The notes beneath the pieces were generated by a model, which saw nothing but the letters and a program-made list of their open reading frames with translations, was not told where the DNA came from and made no database searches. Below, one piece after another: positions 1 to 9,664 of a DNA stretch of 64,000 bases. The number at the start of each line of letters is the position of its first letter. Positions within the stretch are counted from its first letter, which is position 1. This stretch comes from Alphaproteobacteria bacterium (lineage in GTDB: Bacteria; Pseudomonadota; Alphaproteobacteria; SP197): NCBI GenBank assembly GCA_964291415.2, contig OZ219918.1, positions 672,001 through 736,000 on the forward strand, written 5' to 3'. Position numbers and translations under genes: made by a program.

Positions 1-170
1 TGTCCGGCTGCAGCGACGATTCCTGGCCCCGTCTGGCCTCCGTTCCGGAGACTCCTCCCGATACCACGACCCAGGAGGAGTTTGACGGCACCGTTGACGC
101 GCTTCGCGCGGTCAGGGAAGCGGTTGCCGAAGAACTGGAATCGTGGCCCTACCCGGAAACCGGGAACTAA
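1..170 (+). CDS. Partial hypothetical lipoprotein (5' end outside window)
   Basis: Open frame from nt 3 (SGCSDDSWPRLA...YPETGN*) with lipobox-like xSGC; its TAA (168-170) overlaps the hom ATG. Confidence 0.5.
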   Translation, partial: SGCSDDSWPRLASVPETPPDTTTQEEFDGTVDALRAVREAVAEELESWPYPETGN

Positions 171-1459
171 TGGCGACTCTCGGAATCGGAATTGCCGGGC
201 TGGGGACGGTTGGCTCAGGCGTGATCGGACTTCTTCGGCGGAACGCCGGCCTCATCGAGGCCGGGTGCGGCCGAAGGATCCGGATTGCCGGAGTGTCGGC
301 GAGGGATCGCAGTCGCGACCGTGGACTCGACCTTGGCGACTGCCGCTGGTTCGATGATGCGCGGGATCTCGCGGACGATCCCGAGATCGACGTTGTCGTT
401 GAACTCATCGGTGGCGAGGGCGGCATCGCTCTCGATCTTGCCAGGCGCTCCATCGCTGCGGGCAAGCACTTCGTCACGGCCAACAAGGCGCTCCTGGCGA
501 TTCACGGAACGGAACTCGCGACAGCTGCCGACCATGCCGGCATCCATGTCGGCTACGAGGCGGCGGTCGCTGGCGGCATCCCGGTGATCAAGACGCTGCG
601 CGAGGGACTGGCGGCGAACCGGGTCCGGCGCGTCCACGGCATCCTCAACGGCACGTCGAACTACATTCTCACCGCCATGCGCGAACACGGCGCGGCTTTC
701 GATGACGTTCTCGGCGAGGCGCAGCGCCTGGGCTATGCCGAGCTCGATCCCACCCTCGACATCGGTGGTGGCGATGCGGCGCACAAACTCGCGATCCTTG
801 CCGCCCTTGCGTTCCGCCGTCCGGTGGATTTTGCGGGAGTCCATGTCGAGGGGATACGCGACCTGACACCCATGGACATCGCCTTTGCCCGGGAATTCGG
901 CTATCGCATCAAGCTGCTTGCCATCGCCCAGGCCGGCAACGGTGGCATCGAACAGCGGGTGCATCCCACGATGGTGCCCGAAGATGGCGCAATCGCGCAC
1001 ATCGACGGCGTCTTCAACGCCGTCGTCATCGAGGGTGACGCGGCTCCGGTGACAACCCTCATCGGGGAGGGAGCCGGGGCAGGCCCGACGGCGACGGCCG
1101 TGATCGCCGATCTTGCCGATATCGCCCGGGGTGTCCGTCACGCCATGTTCGCCTCTCCCGGTTCCGAACTGGTCCACCGTCCACCGGTGACAATCGACCG
1201 GCGACAGGGCGAGTACTACGTGCGTCTGATGGTGATCGACCAGCCCGGTGTCATGGCGGACATCTCCGCGATTCTGCGCGACGAACAGATCTCCCTCGGC
1301 AGCCTTCTGCAGCGGGGCCGGGATCCTGGAGAGACCGTACCGGTGGTGATGACGACCCACGAGGCGGAGGAGGCGTCGATGCGCCGGGCCTGCGGTCGCA
1401 TTGGCGCTCTCGACACTGTCACCGAGCCGCCGGTCACCATTCGCATCGAGCGGGTATGA
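170..1459 (+). CDS. hom: Homoserine dehydrogenase
   Basis: GLGTVG, VTANKA, YEAAVAGGIP, GILNGTSNYIL, C-terminal ACT domain; ATG at 170. Confidence 0.96.
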   Translation: MATLGIGIAGLGTVGSGVIGLLRRNAGLIEAGCGRRIRIAGVSARDRSRDRGLDLGDCRWFDDARDLADDPEIDVVVELIGGEGGIALDLARRSIAAGKHFVTANKALLAIHGTELATAADHAGIHVGYEAAVAGGIPVIKTLREGLAANRVRRVHGILNGTSNYILTAMREHGAAFDDVLGEAQRLGYAELDPTLDIGGGDAAHKLAILAALAFRRPVDFAGVHVEGIRDLTPMDIAFAREFGYRIKLLAIAQAGNGGIEQRVHPTMVPEDGAIAHIDGVFNAVVIEGDAAPVTTLIGEGAGAGPTATAVIADLADIARGVRHAMFASPGSELVHRPPVTIDRRQGEYYVRLMVIDQPGVMADISAILRDEQISLGSLLQRGRDPGETVPVVMTTHEAEEASMRRACGRIGALDTVTEPPVTIRIERV

Positions 1460-2439
1460 CGCAGTCGGCAACGGCATCCGTGACGGGCGTCGAACACCTC
1501 GTCCTCGATGCGGCACGGGTGTGCGAGGCGGCGGCCATCGCTGCTGCCCGTCATGTCGGACTGGGCGACGAGAAGGCCGCGGACCAGGCGGCTGTCGATG
1601 CCATGCGGCGCGCCCTCAACCGCATCGACATGCAGGGCCGGGTGGTGATTGGCGAGGGAGAGCGCGACGAGGCGCCGATGCTCTACATCGGCGAAGAGGT
1701 CGGCACGGGAAAGGGTGCGCGCCTCGACATCGCTCTCGATCCGCTCGAGGGCACGACGCTCTGTGCGACCGGAGGAGCCAATTCACTGGCGGTCCTGGCG
1801 TTTTCGGGGGCCGGAGGACTCCTTCATGCCCCGGATACCTATATGGAGAAGGTCGCGGTCGGAGCGGATCTGCCACCAGGCGTCGTCGGGCTCGATCTGC
1901 CGCCGGGCGAGAACATGCAGCGTCTTGCCGAGGCGAGGGGTTGCCGGACTGCCGACCTCGTGGCACTGATCCTCGACCGTCCGCGCCATGACGACCTGAT
2001 CCGGGAGGTGAGGAAGACGGGCGCGCGCGTCCGGCTCATCCAGGACGGCGATGTCGCCGGCGTGATTGCCACGACAAGGCCGGAGACCGGGATCGACATC
2101 TACTTAGGAATCGGCGGCGCTCCGGAAGGCGTACTGGCCGCCGCCGCCCTTCGCTGTGTCGGCGGCCAGTTCCAGGGCCGCCTTGCCTTTCGCGATCACG
2201 GTGAACGCAGCCGGGCCCGTGCCATGGGAATCACGGATCCGGACCGCATGTTCCCGCTCGGCGAACTGGCATCAGGCGACGTGGTGTTCTGCGCGACCGG
2301 CGTGACCGATGGCTGGTTGCTCAAAGGCGTCCGGCACGACGGCGCCAGGATCGTCACCCAGTCCCTCGTCATGAGTTCCAGTGCGGTGCGCGTCATCACC
2401 ACCGACCACGCGCCACGCGAAGGAGATCCTGAACGGTGA
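1456..2439 (+). CDS. glpX: Class II fructose-1,6-bisphosphatase
   Basis: VIGEGERDEAPMLYIGE, DPLEGT, DGDVAG, GGAPEGV, ATGVTDG; typical hom-glpX-recJ synteny. Confidence 0.96.
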   Translation: MTQSATASVTGVEHLVLDAARVCEAAAIAAARHVGLGDEKAADQAAVDAMRRALNRIDMQGRVVIGEGERDEAPMLYIGEEVGTGKGARLDIALDPLEGTTLCATGGANSLAVLAFSGAGGLLHAPDTYMEKVAVGADLPPGVVGLDLPPGENMQRLAEARGCRTADLVALILDRPRHDDLIREVRKTGARVRLIQDGDVAGVIATTRPETGIDIYLGIGGAPEGVLAAAALRCVGGQFQGRLAFRDHGERSRARAMGITDPDRMFPLGELASGDVVFCATGVTDGWLLKGVRHDGARIVTQSLVMSSSAVRVITTDHAPREGDPER

Positions 2440-2444
2440 GTGCC

Positions 2445-2458
2445 GCGGTTCTCGGCGT
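2445..2458 (+). repeat. Left 14-bp direct repeat (attL-like) in the original recJ 5' end
   Basis: GCGGTTCTCGGCGT, identical to 18510-18523; GTG at 2436 reads MSAAVLGV, matching recJ ...SAVLGVTRS. Confidence 0.85.
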
Positions 2459-2742
2459 TGGAAGGAGGCGACTGCGGCAGATGCGCCGGCTGAAGGGCTC
2501 CAATTCCACCATGCGTTTATTTCAGTTGCCACTCAGCGCCTCGCGTGAAGACTTGCCCTTGCGGCTGCATAGCACCGCCCGCTACCGGCTGGCCGCTGAC
2601 GTCGTATCCGCAATCCTGTTGCTGCGTGATTTCGGGCAGGAATTGGAGGTCAATAGTCACAACGGTTGTAGAGATCTGTTGCTTCATGTTGCATGAGTGT
2701 GATGAATGACAATGGTGTGCGAAGCGCGAGGAGAGCCAAATC

Positions 2743-3216
2743 TCATACCATTTCGTTTGTCCACTCACCCCAAGGAACAAATATAGCACGATACGCCAAT
2801 TCTATAGCATAGTGTCTCAGTGCGTCTCTTCTGTCTTCAGCGTCCAACGCAACCGGCACTACAATATCAGCGTGATAGGGATTATCGTCCAACGGTGTCG
2901 GAATAGCTCTACAGCCGACATCCGCGACGTCGCCTGCCGACAATGTATACCAACCCCAGAAATTCTTTCCGGACAGGCTAGCATTTCGCACGCCCAATTC
3001 AGCCAACGTGACGGCTGGTGCCAATGTCATACGATTGACCGAGATTTCGTTAGTGTTGCTGGGTGGATCGAACTTGGATGCAGGCACCCAAGCCTTACCT
3101 TCTGCCCTTAGTCGGCGAAGGGCTTTCTTGGCGCCCGTTTGTGATCGTTCGTCCCTACCAAGCTTCTCATCGCTCCCAAGGGGCACGATTTCCCGTTCAT
3201 CAATCTGGCTCGTCAC
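2743..3216 (-). CDS. Hypothetical protein, possible small ADP-ribosyltransferase-like toxin
   Basis: 157 aa; EKLGR...KFDP...EISVNR...PLDDNPYHADI pattern; start overlaps the upstream stop. Confidence 0.5.
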   Translation of the reverse strand: MTSQIDEREIVPLGSDEKLGRDERSQTGAKKALRRLRAEGKAWVPASKFDPPSNTNEISVNRMTLAPAVTLAELGVRNASLSGKNFWGWYTLSAGDVADVGCRAIPTPLDDNPYHADIVVPVALDAEDRRDALRHYAIELAYRAIFVPWGEWTNEMV

Positions 3217-3878
3217 TACCGAATACCCACCCTCTTCAGCTCTCGAAGCCCGCCTTCCTTTAGCAAGTTGGCGGCATCAACAACCCGTAGGCGTCCTTTC
3301 GAATCGCTGGTTCGATGGAAAAGCACTCCAGAACCATCTTGCTCTATCAGGAACAAAATACCACTCTTGCTATCAGGGTTGCGAAAGTCGATAGCGATGC
3401 AACTCTGTTGCATGGGATAAATCTCCGGACGATCAACTACATAGTTTGCGACCTTCTCAAGCAAGTCCTTTGCCTTGACCAAGGCAAGGTTCGAAGGTTC
3501 GTCCATTTCCTCTTCTTGTGCGTGACACGGGCACTCTGCCAAGTCCTGTAACGATTCTTGCAACCAGCTACCATAGTCTCGCAACGGGTTGGTTAGTCCG
3601 AAATGGACAATTGATGCGACAGGCGCCGAAACGCGTGTAGCTAGCGGAAAGGAACCGGAGATGTATTTTTCGAACTGCGCTTGAGCCGAATCGTGGTAAA
3701 GTTGCTCTTCGACCGGTGGCGGGGGTATACGGGCCTCGTAGTGTCTGAAATAGTCCGCCGTGTTGGCGCTCTCGAAGGACCTACCCTGGAGGACGACCCG
3801 TGGGTCTCGGCGAATGGCTGCCGCCGCTGGTTGGCCTGCGGGCTGTGTCAGAGGAAGACGGGGCGAAGCAGTGAGCAT
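3216..3878 (-). CDS. Hypothetical protein (middle gene, putative antitoxin/partner)
   Basis: 220 aa; Pro/Ala-rich N-half; C-domain EPSNLALVKAKDLL...PEIYP...IAIDF...LFLIEQDG. Confidence 0.55.
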   Translation of the reverse strand: MLTASPRLPLTQPAGQPAAAAIRRDPRVVLQGRSFESANTADYFRHYEARIPPPPVEEQLYHDSAQAQFEKYISGSFPLATRVSAPVASIVHFGLTNPLRDYGSWLQESLQDLAECPCHAQEEEMDEPSNLALVKAKDLLEKVANYVVDRPEIYPMQQSCIAIDFRNPDSKSGILFLIEQDGSGVLFHRTSDSKGRLRVVDAANLLKEGGLRELKRVGIR

Positions 3879-3887
3879 TCTATGTTG

Positions 3888-4601
3888 TTACTCCACGGCG
3901 AGGTTCAGCTTATCCATGACAGCCTGCGAGACTAAAGCAAGGTGATTGGCCTTGTCATCAAAACTGTCAAAATGAGAGCCCGCAGCATATTCACCAGACA
4001 TCTCCAAGAACAAGTCCGCCTCCTGCAAGGCTGATTTGTCAACTGTGATGCCAATTCGCCATAGATCGTTACTGTTGATACACTCAAACTTGACAAGTGA
4101 TCTGGTGTTCGTTGCCTCAATTTGAAATGGGTCGTCAGAGTCGGGAAGCCAAGTAAGTCCTCTAACAAGTCCTTCGGCAGCGGGAACACCTCCTTCGATG
4201 GTCAGCCAGGAGGGCGTTACAAGTCTTGAATCGGCGGGTGCTCCGTCGGCAAGAAATCCACAAACAGCATCCTCAAACAGCTTGGCATGTCGTTTGGCCT
4301 GTTCGACGGCATTGGATGATCGAAGATCAAGAAAACGTGTCTTGTAACCGTCAAGTCTTGCTTCGAACACGCTGAGGCCTGAATGCAATGTCAAGGTGAC
4401 GCCAGCCGTGGCTAGTGTGTTGCCATTTTCCAAACTAATCGCATCGGAGGGAATGTTGAACTCTGATGAGAAAGCATCGTAAATGGGCTCAATAATCTGG
4501 GCAAACGACGCCATTCGACTGAATGCAGGACGAGCAAAGGTGACTTCGTAATGCGCATCAAATCGGAATACGTTGGCTTTCATTGGTTCAGACTCAGACA
4601 A
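3888..4601 (-). CDS. Hypothetical protein, possibly TIGR04255-like
   Basis: ~235 aa low-GC ORF, first gene of a tight three-gene operon; alternative ATG at 4583. Confidence 0.5.
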   Translation of the reverse strand: MSESEPMKANVFRFDAHYEVTFARPAFSRMASFAQIIEPIYDAFSSEFNIPSDAISLENGNTLATAGVTLTLHSGLSVFEARLDGYKTRFLDLRSSNAVEQAKRHAKLFEDAVCGFLADGAPADSRLVTPSWLTIEGGVPAAEGLVRGLTWLPDSDDPFQIEATNTRSLVKFECINSNDLWRIGITVDKSALQEADLFLEMSGEYAAGSHFDSFDDKANHLALVSQAVMDKLNLAVE

Positions 4602-5051
4602 GGGTAGGGGCCGGTCATTCTGATACGGAATTGGTGCACATTCAACATATGTAGGTATTCAGCGTACGTTCTGCAATCATCAAGAAGGGTCGCGCGAAGC
4701 GTGCGAGCCGAGGGCGCACTGTTCTTGACCATGGAAGGTCGATTGGAGTTGTCACGCACGGAGGGTGGCGGAAGAGCGCTTGGCTTGTCTTTGCTTGAGT
4801 GGAAGAGGGCATTCGCGACAGGCGTTCAAGAAGACGAGCATGACACGAAATCAGATTACAGGGAGAACTACAACAGATGATGCATTCAGGGACTCCGGTC
4901 GAACGGTGGGGCAAGCTGGCCGCGGGCAGTTGATGAGAGATTCAGGCATGCCTTTCTTTTCTAAGGGCGACTAGTTCCGCGGCGCACACAAGGGAAGACA
5001 GGCAGCGAATTCCGCGCTAGTTATTCTGGAGGGATGTACGTGCCATCGGTG

Positions 5052-5237
5052 TCACCAGCGCCCGGTTCAGTCAGGTGAGGGGAACGCAGTCGCAGAGCGT
5101 GCCCAGTGCCACCAGATCGAGCCACTGCATGAGATCGGGCTCGGGACATTCGTCGAACCGGCCGCGCTGGCGCAGTTGCCTGTTGATAGCAACGACGGTC
5201 ATGAATGTCACGCCAACAGCCGCGAGGTTGCCCAGGC
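5052..5237 (-). pseudogene. recJ: Inverted 186-bp internal copy of recJ
   Basis: Reverse complement matches 19105-19290 with 8 mismatches by manual alignment, including GGA>TGA. Confidence 0.92.
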
Positions 5238-5244
5238 GGCCGCG

Positions 5245-5630
5245 GGTCGCGACAAGCTTTCCTGGAGCAGACGTGTCAGCGCACTGCGCAGCGGCGCCTT
5301 GCTGAACTCGTAGAGTTCCACCAGCATTCCCTCGGAACTCCCGGCGCCCGGGCAGGATTTCGTTGCTTGGCGCGCGATACACCCTGTCGTCGAGGCCTTC
5401 CTTCTGCCGGTCCCTGCCGGAATTCCCGACTGTAGCCGGGAAGGGCCTGATTCGATCGGAGTGGTACCTCAGGCCACCGCCTCGCATCCTGTTTCGCGGC
5501 TTCGCCTCGGTAGTGCCGGAACCCTCCAGCGAACCAAGGCCTCCGGGTGCATCGGCGCTGTGTTCCTGAAATCGCCTAGGGGCCGGACGGGGCGATCCCG
5601 GCCTCGCCATTCTCGGAAGATCGCGACCTC
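5245..5630 (-). pseudogene. GntR-family regulator 5' remnant, copy 1
   Basis: Across a frameshift: GLDDRVYRA.SNEIL.../SEGMLVELYEFSKAPLRSALTRLLQESL; similar to 11841-12038. Confidence 0.6.
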
Positions 5631-6338
5631 GGCATCCCCTCCGGTGAGAAAGCGGCACTTGTCGGCAATCCCCGCGCCGGAGAGCGAGAAGCGCAAGATG
5701 GCGCTCGAGTTGTTCTTCGGGAGCACCTCCTCGTCGTCGTCATCATCGGTCGGCAGCGGCGCGAGGAGAAGGGCCGTCATCGAATGGTCGTGTTGGCCGT
5801 TGACCTGCGAGAATTGATGGTCCACAGGCACCAGGATCTGCTTGAGGTCATCGGTCTTGCCGTCCTCGTCCTCGGCGAGGATGCGGACGCGGTCGCCGTC
5901 GCCCACCTTCCAGGGCGTGTCGCGAAAGAGCCGGACTCGGCGGCGCGCCTCGGCAGTGAACGCCTTCGCGTCGTCGCAGAGGACATGCCGGCGCGACGCG
6001 CGGTGGAACACCATCGGTGACGACCAGACTTCCCGGATCACGATCTTGTCCGTCCGTTTCGACCATTCGTCGGGCGGTCCGAGATGGAAGTGCCTGCGCG
6101 GCCCCCGGCAGTGATCCTCGTCCGGGTGGCTGAGGAGCAGCGCGTCGACATAGAGCCGTCCCGCAGCGTCCCGTACGAGCTTGTCGCGCAGCTTCGCGGC
6201 AACGTCGGGCGTATCGTCATCGGGATCGTCGGCGGCAGAGCGAATGTTCATGTCGATCAATATCCTGTTGCCCCCCTCGGTCTGGACGAGCGTCATGTCG
6301 CCGTTGCCGACCGGGAAGAACGAAAGCTGGGCAGTCAT
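5630..6338 (-). pseudogene. C-terminally truncated metallo-beta-lactamase-fold (ComEC-like) hydrolase
   Basis: FFPVGNGD, LID, SHPDEDH, NNSS, LTGGDAE; runs into the duplicated sequence after EVAI, no downstream PHH motif. Confidence 0.75.
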
Positions 6339-6414
6339 GGTCTCAATCTCCGAAACGGAACGCGGGTTCGCTCGTCCACATGGGGATGCCCTGGTCGCGG
6401 TTCAACCCCTGTAA

Positions 6415-6448
6415 TTGACAAAAATCGCACCTAGCTATAGTTTGTCAA
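6415..6448. promoter_or_regulatory. Palindromic operator overlapping a promoter between divergent genes
   Basis: TTGACAAA-N18-TTTGTCAA; TTGACA-17 nt-TAGTTT toward the XRE gene. Confidence 0.6.
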
Positions 6449-6463
6449 CCGCAACGAAGGAGG

Positions 6464-7558
6464 GTGAAAATGACTGTAGGCCAACGTATTAGAGTATCAC
6501 GCCGCGCCTGCGGCCTGTCGCTCCGCGACCTGGAGGCCCGAATCGGCAACCGCGTGACGGCGCAGGCCATCAGCAAGTACGAACGCGACGAGTCGATGCC
6601 CAGCTCGGGCGTGCTCATCGCGCTGGCCGACGCCCTCGAGGTCCCGATCGACTACCTTGCGAGCGACAGCGAGATTCGCCTCGAAGCCGTCGATTTCCGG
6701 AAGAAGCGGCTCACCAGTCGCCGAGAGGAGTCGCAGATCGAAGCCAACGTCCTGCACCTCCTGGAACGGTATCTCACGGTCGAGGAGATCCTGGGGCTCC
6801 CCACCGTCGCGTGGGACATGCCGCGTGACGCCCCCTGGCCCGTGCTGCGCGACCCGGTCGAAGCCGAGCAGGCCGCGCTCGGCATGCGTGCCCACTGGGG
6901 TCTCGGTCTCGATCCGATCCCGAACCTGGTCGATCTGCTGGAGGAACGCGGCATCAAGGTTCTCTCGATGAGCCTCCCCAACATCGATGGGCTCACGGCA
7001 CGGGTGCGCCGCGAAGACCGGAGCCTGGCGTCGGTCGTCGTCGTGAACCGGGACGATTGGGGCGAACGCCAGCGCTTCACGCTCGCGCATGAGCTCGGCC
7101 ACATGGCCCTCGACCCGGCGGCGAAAGTCGACGAGGAGAAAGCAGCGCATCGTTTCGCCGGCGCGTTCCTGATGCCCGCCGAGACGCTGCGGGCGGAGAT
7201 CGGCAAGCACCGCAAGTCCATCGGCTGGGGCGAGCTCTTCGAGCTCAAGCGCATCTTCGGCGTGAGCGTCCAGGCGCTCACCTACCGCTGCAAGGACCTC
7301 GGGATCCTCGGGGCGCCCGCGTTTCGGACGCTGTTCAACGAATTCACCCGCCGCGGCTGGCGGAGCCCGCCATACAGGGAGCCCTGGGCCATGCCCGGCG
7401 AGCGGTCTCTGCGCTTCGAGCGCCTGTGCTTTCGGGCCCTGTCCGAGGAAGCGATCTCGGAAGCGAAGGCTGCCGAACTGCTTGGCCATTCCGTCCACGA
7501 GCTCAACCGGCGCATGGACGAACCGCCGAGCGTGGACGCGGAACTTGCCGGAGTGTGA
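6464..7558 (+). CDS. XRE HTH / ImmA-IrrE metallopeptidase fusion
   Basis: N-terminal HTH (LSLRDLEARIG...AQAISKYE); RQRFTLAHELGH; AHRFAGAFLMP. Confidence 0.92.
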   Translation: MKMTVGQRIRVSRRACGLSLRDLEARIGNRVTAQAISKYERDESMPSSGVLIALADALEVPIDYLASDSEIRLEAVDFRKKRLTSRREESQIEANVLHLLERYLTVEEILGLPTVAWDMPRDAPWPVLRDPVEAEQAALGMRAHWGLGLDPIPNLVDLLEERGIKVLSMSLPNIDGLTARVRREDRSLASVVVVNRDDWGERQRFTLAHELGHMALDPAAKVDEEKAAHRFAGAFLMPAETLRAEIGKHRKSIGWGELFELKRIFGVSVQALTYRCKDLGILGAPAFRTLFNEFTRRGWRSPPYREPWAMPGERSLRFERLCFRALSEEAISEAKAAELLGHSVHELNRRMDEPPSVDAELAGV

Positions 7559-8784
7559 GTGCCGTGAAGGTTCTGGTGTCTGACACCTCCGTCCTGATTG
7601 ACCTCGATCGCGGGAGCCTTGTCGAACTGGTCTTCCGGCTTCCGTTCGAATTCACCGTTCCCGTCATGCACTGCTACGCAACCTACGCCATGGCGCGCGC
7701 GGCGGGCCTCGAACCGGACGATGCTCGCATCATTGCGACGTCCGCCCAATTCGTGGACGACAACGTCGCCCGAAGTCATGTCGAGTTCGGCGACGGGTCG
7801 CGTCTCGACCAGGAAGCTACCGCCCACCATCCTATCGACCTGTCGAATCGCGACGACCGCGACCAGCGCAGGGTCTGGGTACCGTTCCATTTCATTCCGG
7901 GCAATGAAGGCGACGACTACACCGAGCGCCTCAAGTGCCCCATGGACAGCCCGATCGTCCGCGAGTTGCCGGACCATCACCTGACATATGCGGATCGCGG
8001 CTTCGGGGTGCACCTGCTCGGCATCACGGCGCATGTCTATGCGGATACGTTCTCCCACTACGGCTTCTCGGGAGTCAGCTCGCGCGGGAACAAGGTCGAC
8101 AATTCCAGCTTTCGCTTTCACGAGGAGGTCGAAGAGGCGGACGGCGGAGTCGCACCATTGTCACCGGAGATGAGGGGTTACGTAACCGAGAAGGCCGATC
8201 GGCTCTTCAGGGATCGTGGCGACCACGGCGGGTTGCTCACCAATGTCAAGAGCTGGCTCGCCGAAGAGCTTTCGGGCGCTCTCGGGCATGGTTCGGTGGC
8301 AACCCTGCCGGACAGACCCTATCTGGTGTGGAGCTTCGACTACGAGCGGCCCGATGCGGTTGCCGGTGGGCGCAGCATCCGCAACAACCCGGTCACATAT
8401 CTGGCAGGCTGCGGCGCCTTGCACGAGATGTTCAGGCGGTTCGCCGCGATGAGGGCGGATGCGCGCGACGGCGGTGACGGCCGCGACTTCGAAGCCATCG
8501 CGGACCAGGTTCGTGAAGTGCTGCTCGTGCAGGCCGACAAGGCCGGGCGCATCGCGGCCTGGCAGGATGCGGCCCGGTCCGGAGAGATATTCGGGCCCGG
8601 CGACGAGGACATCCCGGAATATGACGGGCATGTCTGGAACGAACAGTGGCAGGGGCTGGACGGTGCTGAGGACTACCAGGCGGCCCAAGACTTACCCGTC
8701 TGGCAATTCTATCGGGCGGCCGCCGTGCATCGCACCTATGTGCTACGTGATCTTCTTCCGAAACACGGGCTCGTCGTGGACTAG
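7555..8784 (+). CDS. PIN N-terminal stub fused in frame to a DUF6765-like protein
   Basis: GTG overlaps the XRE stop; VLVSDTSVLIDL...FTVP then MHCYATYAMARAAG...SAQFVDD, WVPFHF, HVYADTFSH, LGHG. Confidence 0.65.
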   Translation: MSAVKVLVSDTSVLIDLDRGSLVELVFRLPFEFTVPVMHCYATYAMARAAGLEPDDARIIATSAQFVDDNVARSHVEFGDGSRLDQEATAHHPIDLSNRDDRDQRRVWVPFHFIPGNEGDDYTERLKCPMDSPIVRELPDHHLTYADRGFGVHLLGITAHVYADTFSHYGFSGVSSRGNKVDNSSFRFHEEVEEADGGVAPLSPEMRGYVTEKADRLFRDRGDHGGLLTNVKSWLAEELSGALGHGSVATLPDRPYLVWSFDYERPDAVAGGRSIRNNPVTYLAGCGALHEMFRRFAAMRADARDGGDGRDFEAIADQVREVLLVQADKAGRIAAWQDAARSGEIFGPGDEDIPEYDGHVWNEQWQGLDGAEDYQAAQDLPVWQFYRAAAVHRTYVLRDLLPKHGLVVD

Positions 8785-9029
8785 TGGCTCAGGAAGGAGC
8801 GCCCGCTGTGTCGCCAAAGGGTCAATTTTTGGTGTCGCGTGAAAATATGTGCACGGAGCGATGGGCGGTGAATTCCGAGGGTAGGCCGCATTGGATGATC
8901 GCCGGCACCACCGGCTCGGAGGCCGGGTGATGGAGCGAGGCCAGAGGAGTAGGCGCTAATGCACAAGAGTGGCGTAGGTTATGAATGTGGGCGACGATGG
9001 TCTCGCCGGGTTCTGGTGCAAATTGGCCC

Positions 9030-9248
9030 TCATGTGGATGCGAGCCTGTCGGCCTCCGCCGTCGTGGTGGCCCGGCGGCTCGCCGCCCATTTATCCAGAT
9101 CGGACCGACGGTAGCGTACCCGGTTCCCGAAGCGGTGGAAGGCAGGCCCCGCGCCGCTCACGCGGTAGCCGTCCAACGTGCGGGGCGAGAGGCCGAGATA
9201 GTTCGCCGCGCGCCTGGTGTCGAAGAAGCCGCCGTCATCGTTGCCCAT
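9030..9248 (-). CDS. Excisionase/AlpA-like HTH protein
   Basis: DTRRAANYLGLSPRTL...GAGPAFHRFGNRVRYRRSDLDKW. Confidence 0.85.
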   Translation of the reverse strand: MGNDDGGFFDTRRAANYLGLSPRTLDGYRVSGAGPAFHRFGNRVRYRRSDLDKWAASRRATTTAEADRLAST

Positions 9249-9664
9249 ATTGTCCCCCTTCGATTGCCCGAAGTCCCAGACCTTCCGCGGCGCCGATCCG
9301 ATGCCGGCCGCCGCGCACCGGCGCAGCGACCGTAGGAGGGGCCGCCGGGTTTTGCAAAGCGCACGGTAAGGAGAAAACCGGCGACCTCCCGCCGTTCGGA
9401 CCCATGCGCGCGCTCCCGCGCGACGGCGTTGACACCGCGCGACCGCATGTCGTCGTCAGCCCGCCAGCCGCGTCCGGGGAAGCCCCGGCCCAAGTCAGTG
9501 TGGCCGCCGTAACTCCGGAGTTTGGGGAGTCCTGCAACGCCGGGGCATACATGTTCACCGCGGCGCGCGGTTTCGGAGCCCGATCGCTCTCTGCATGCTC
9601 ACGGAGCCAGAATAGGTTCAGAGGGAAAGTAGAAAAAACTGCTATATTACGGTCACGTACGGAG

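Noticed and set aside
2436-2696. 86-aa ORF after glpX
   Set aside because: Only the first 8 codons are meaningful (old recJ start); the rest is read-through into the island.
5469-5630. Apparent C-terminus of the 289-aa MBL ORF
   Set aside because: It is read-through into the duplicated GntR upstream sequence, not MBL sequence.
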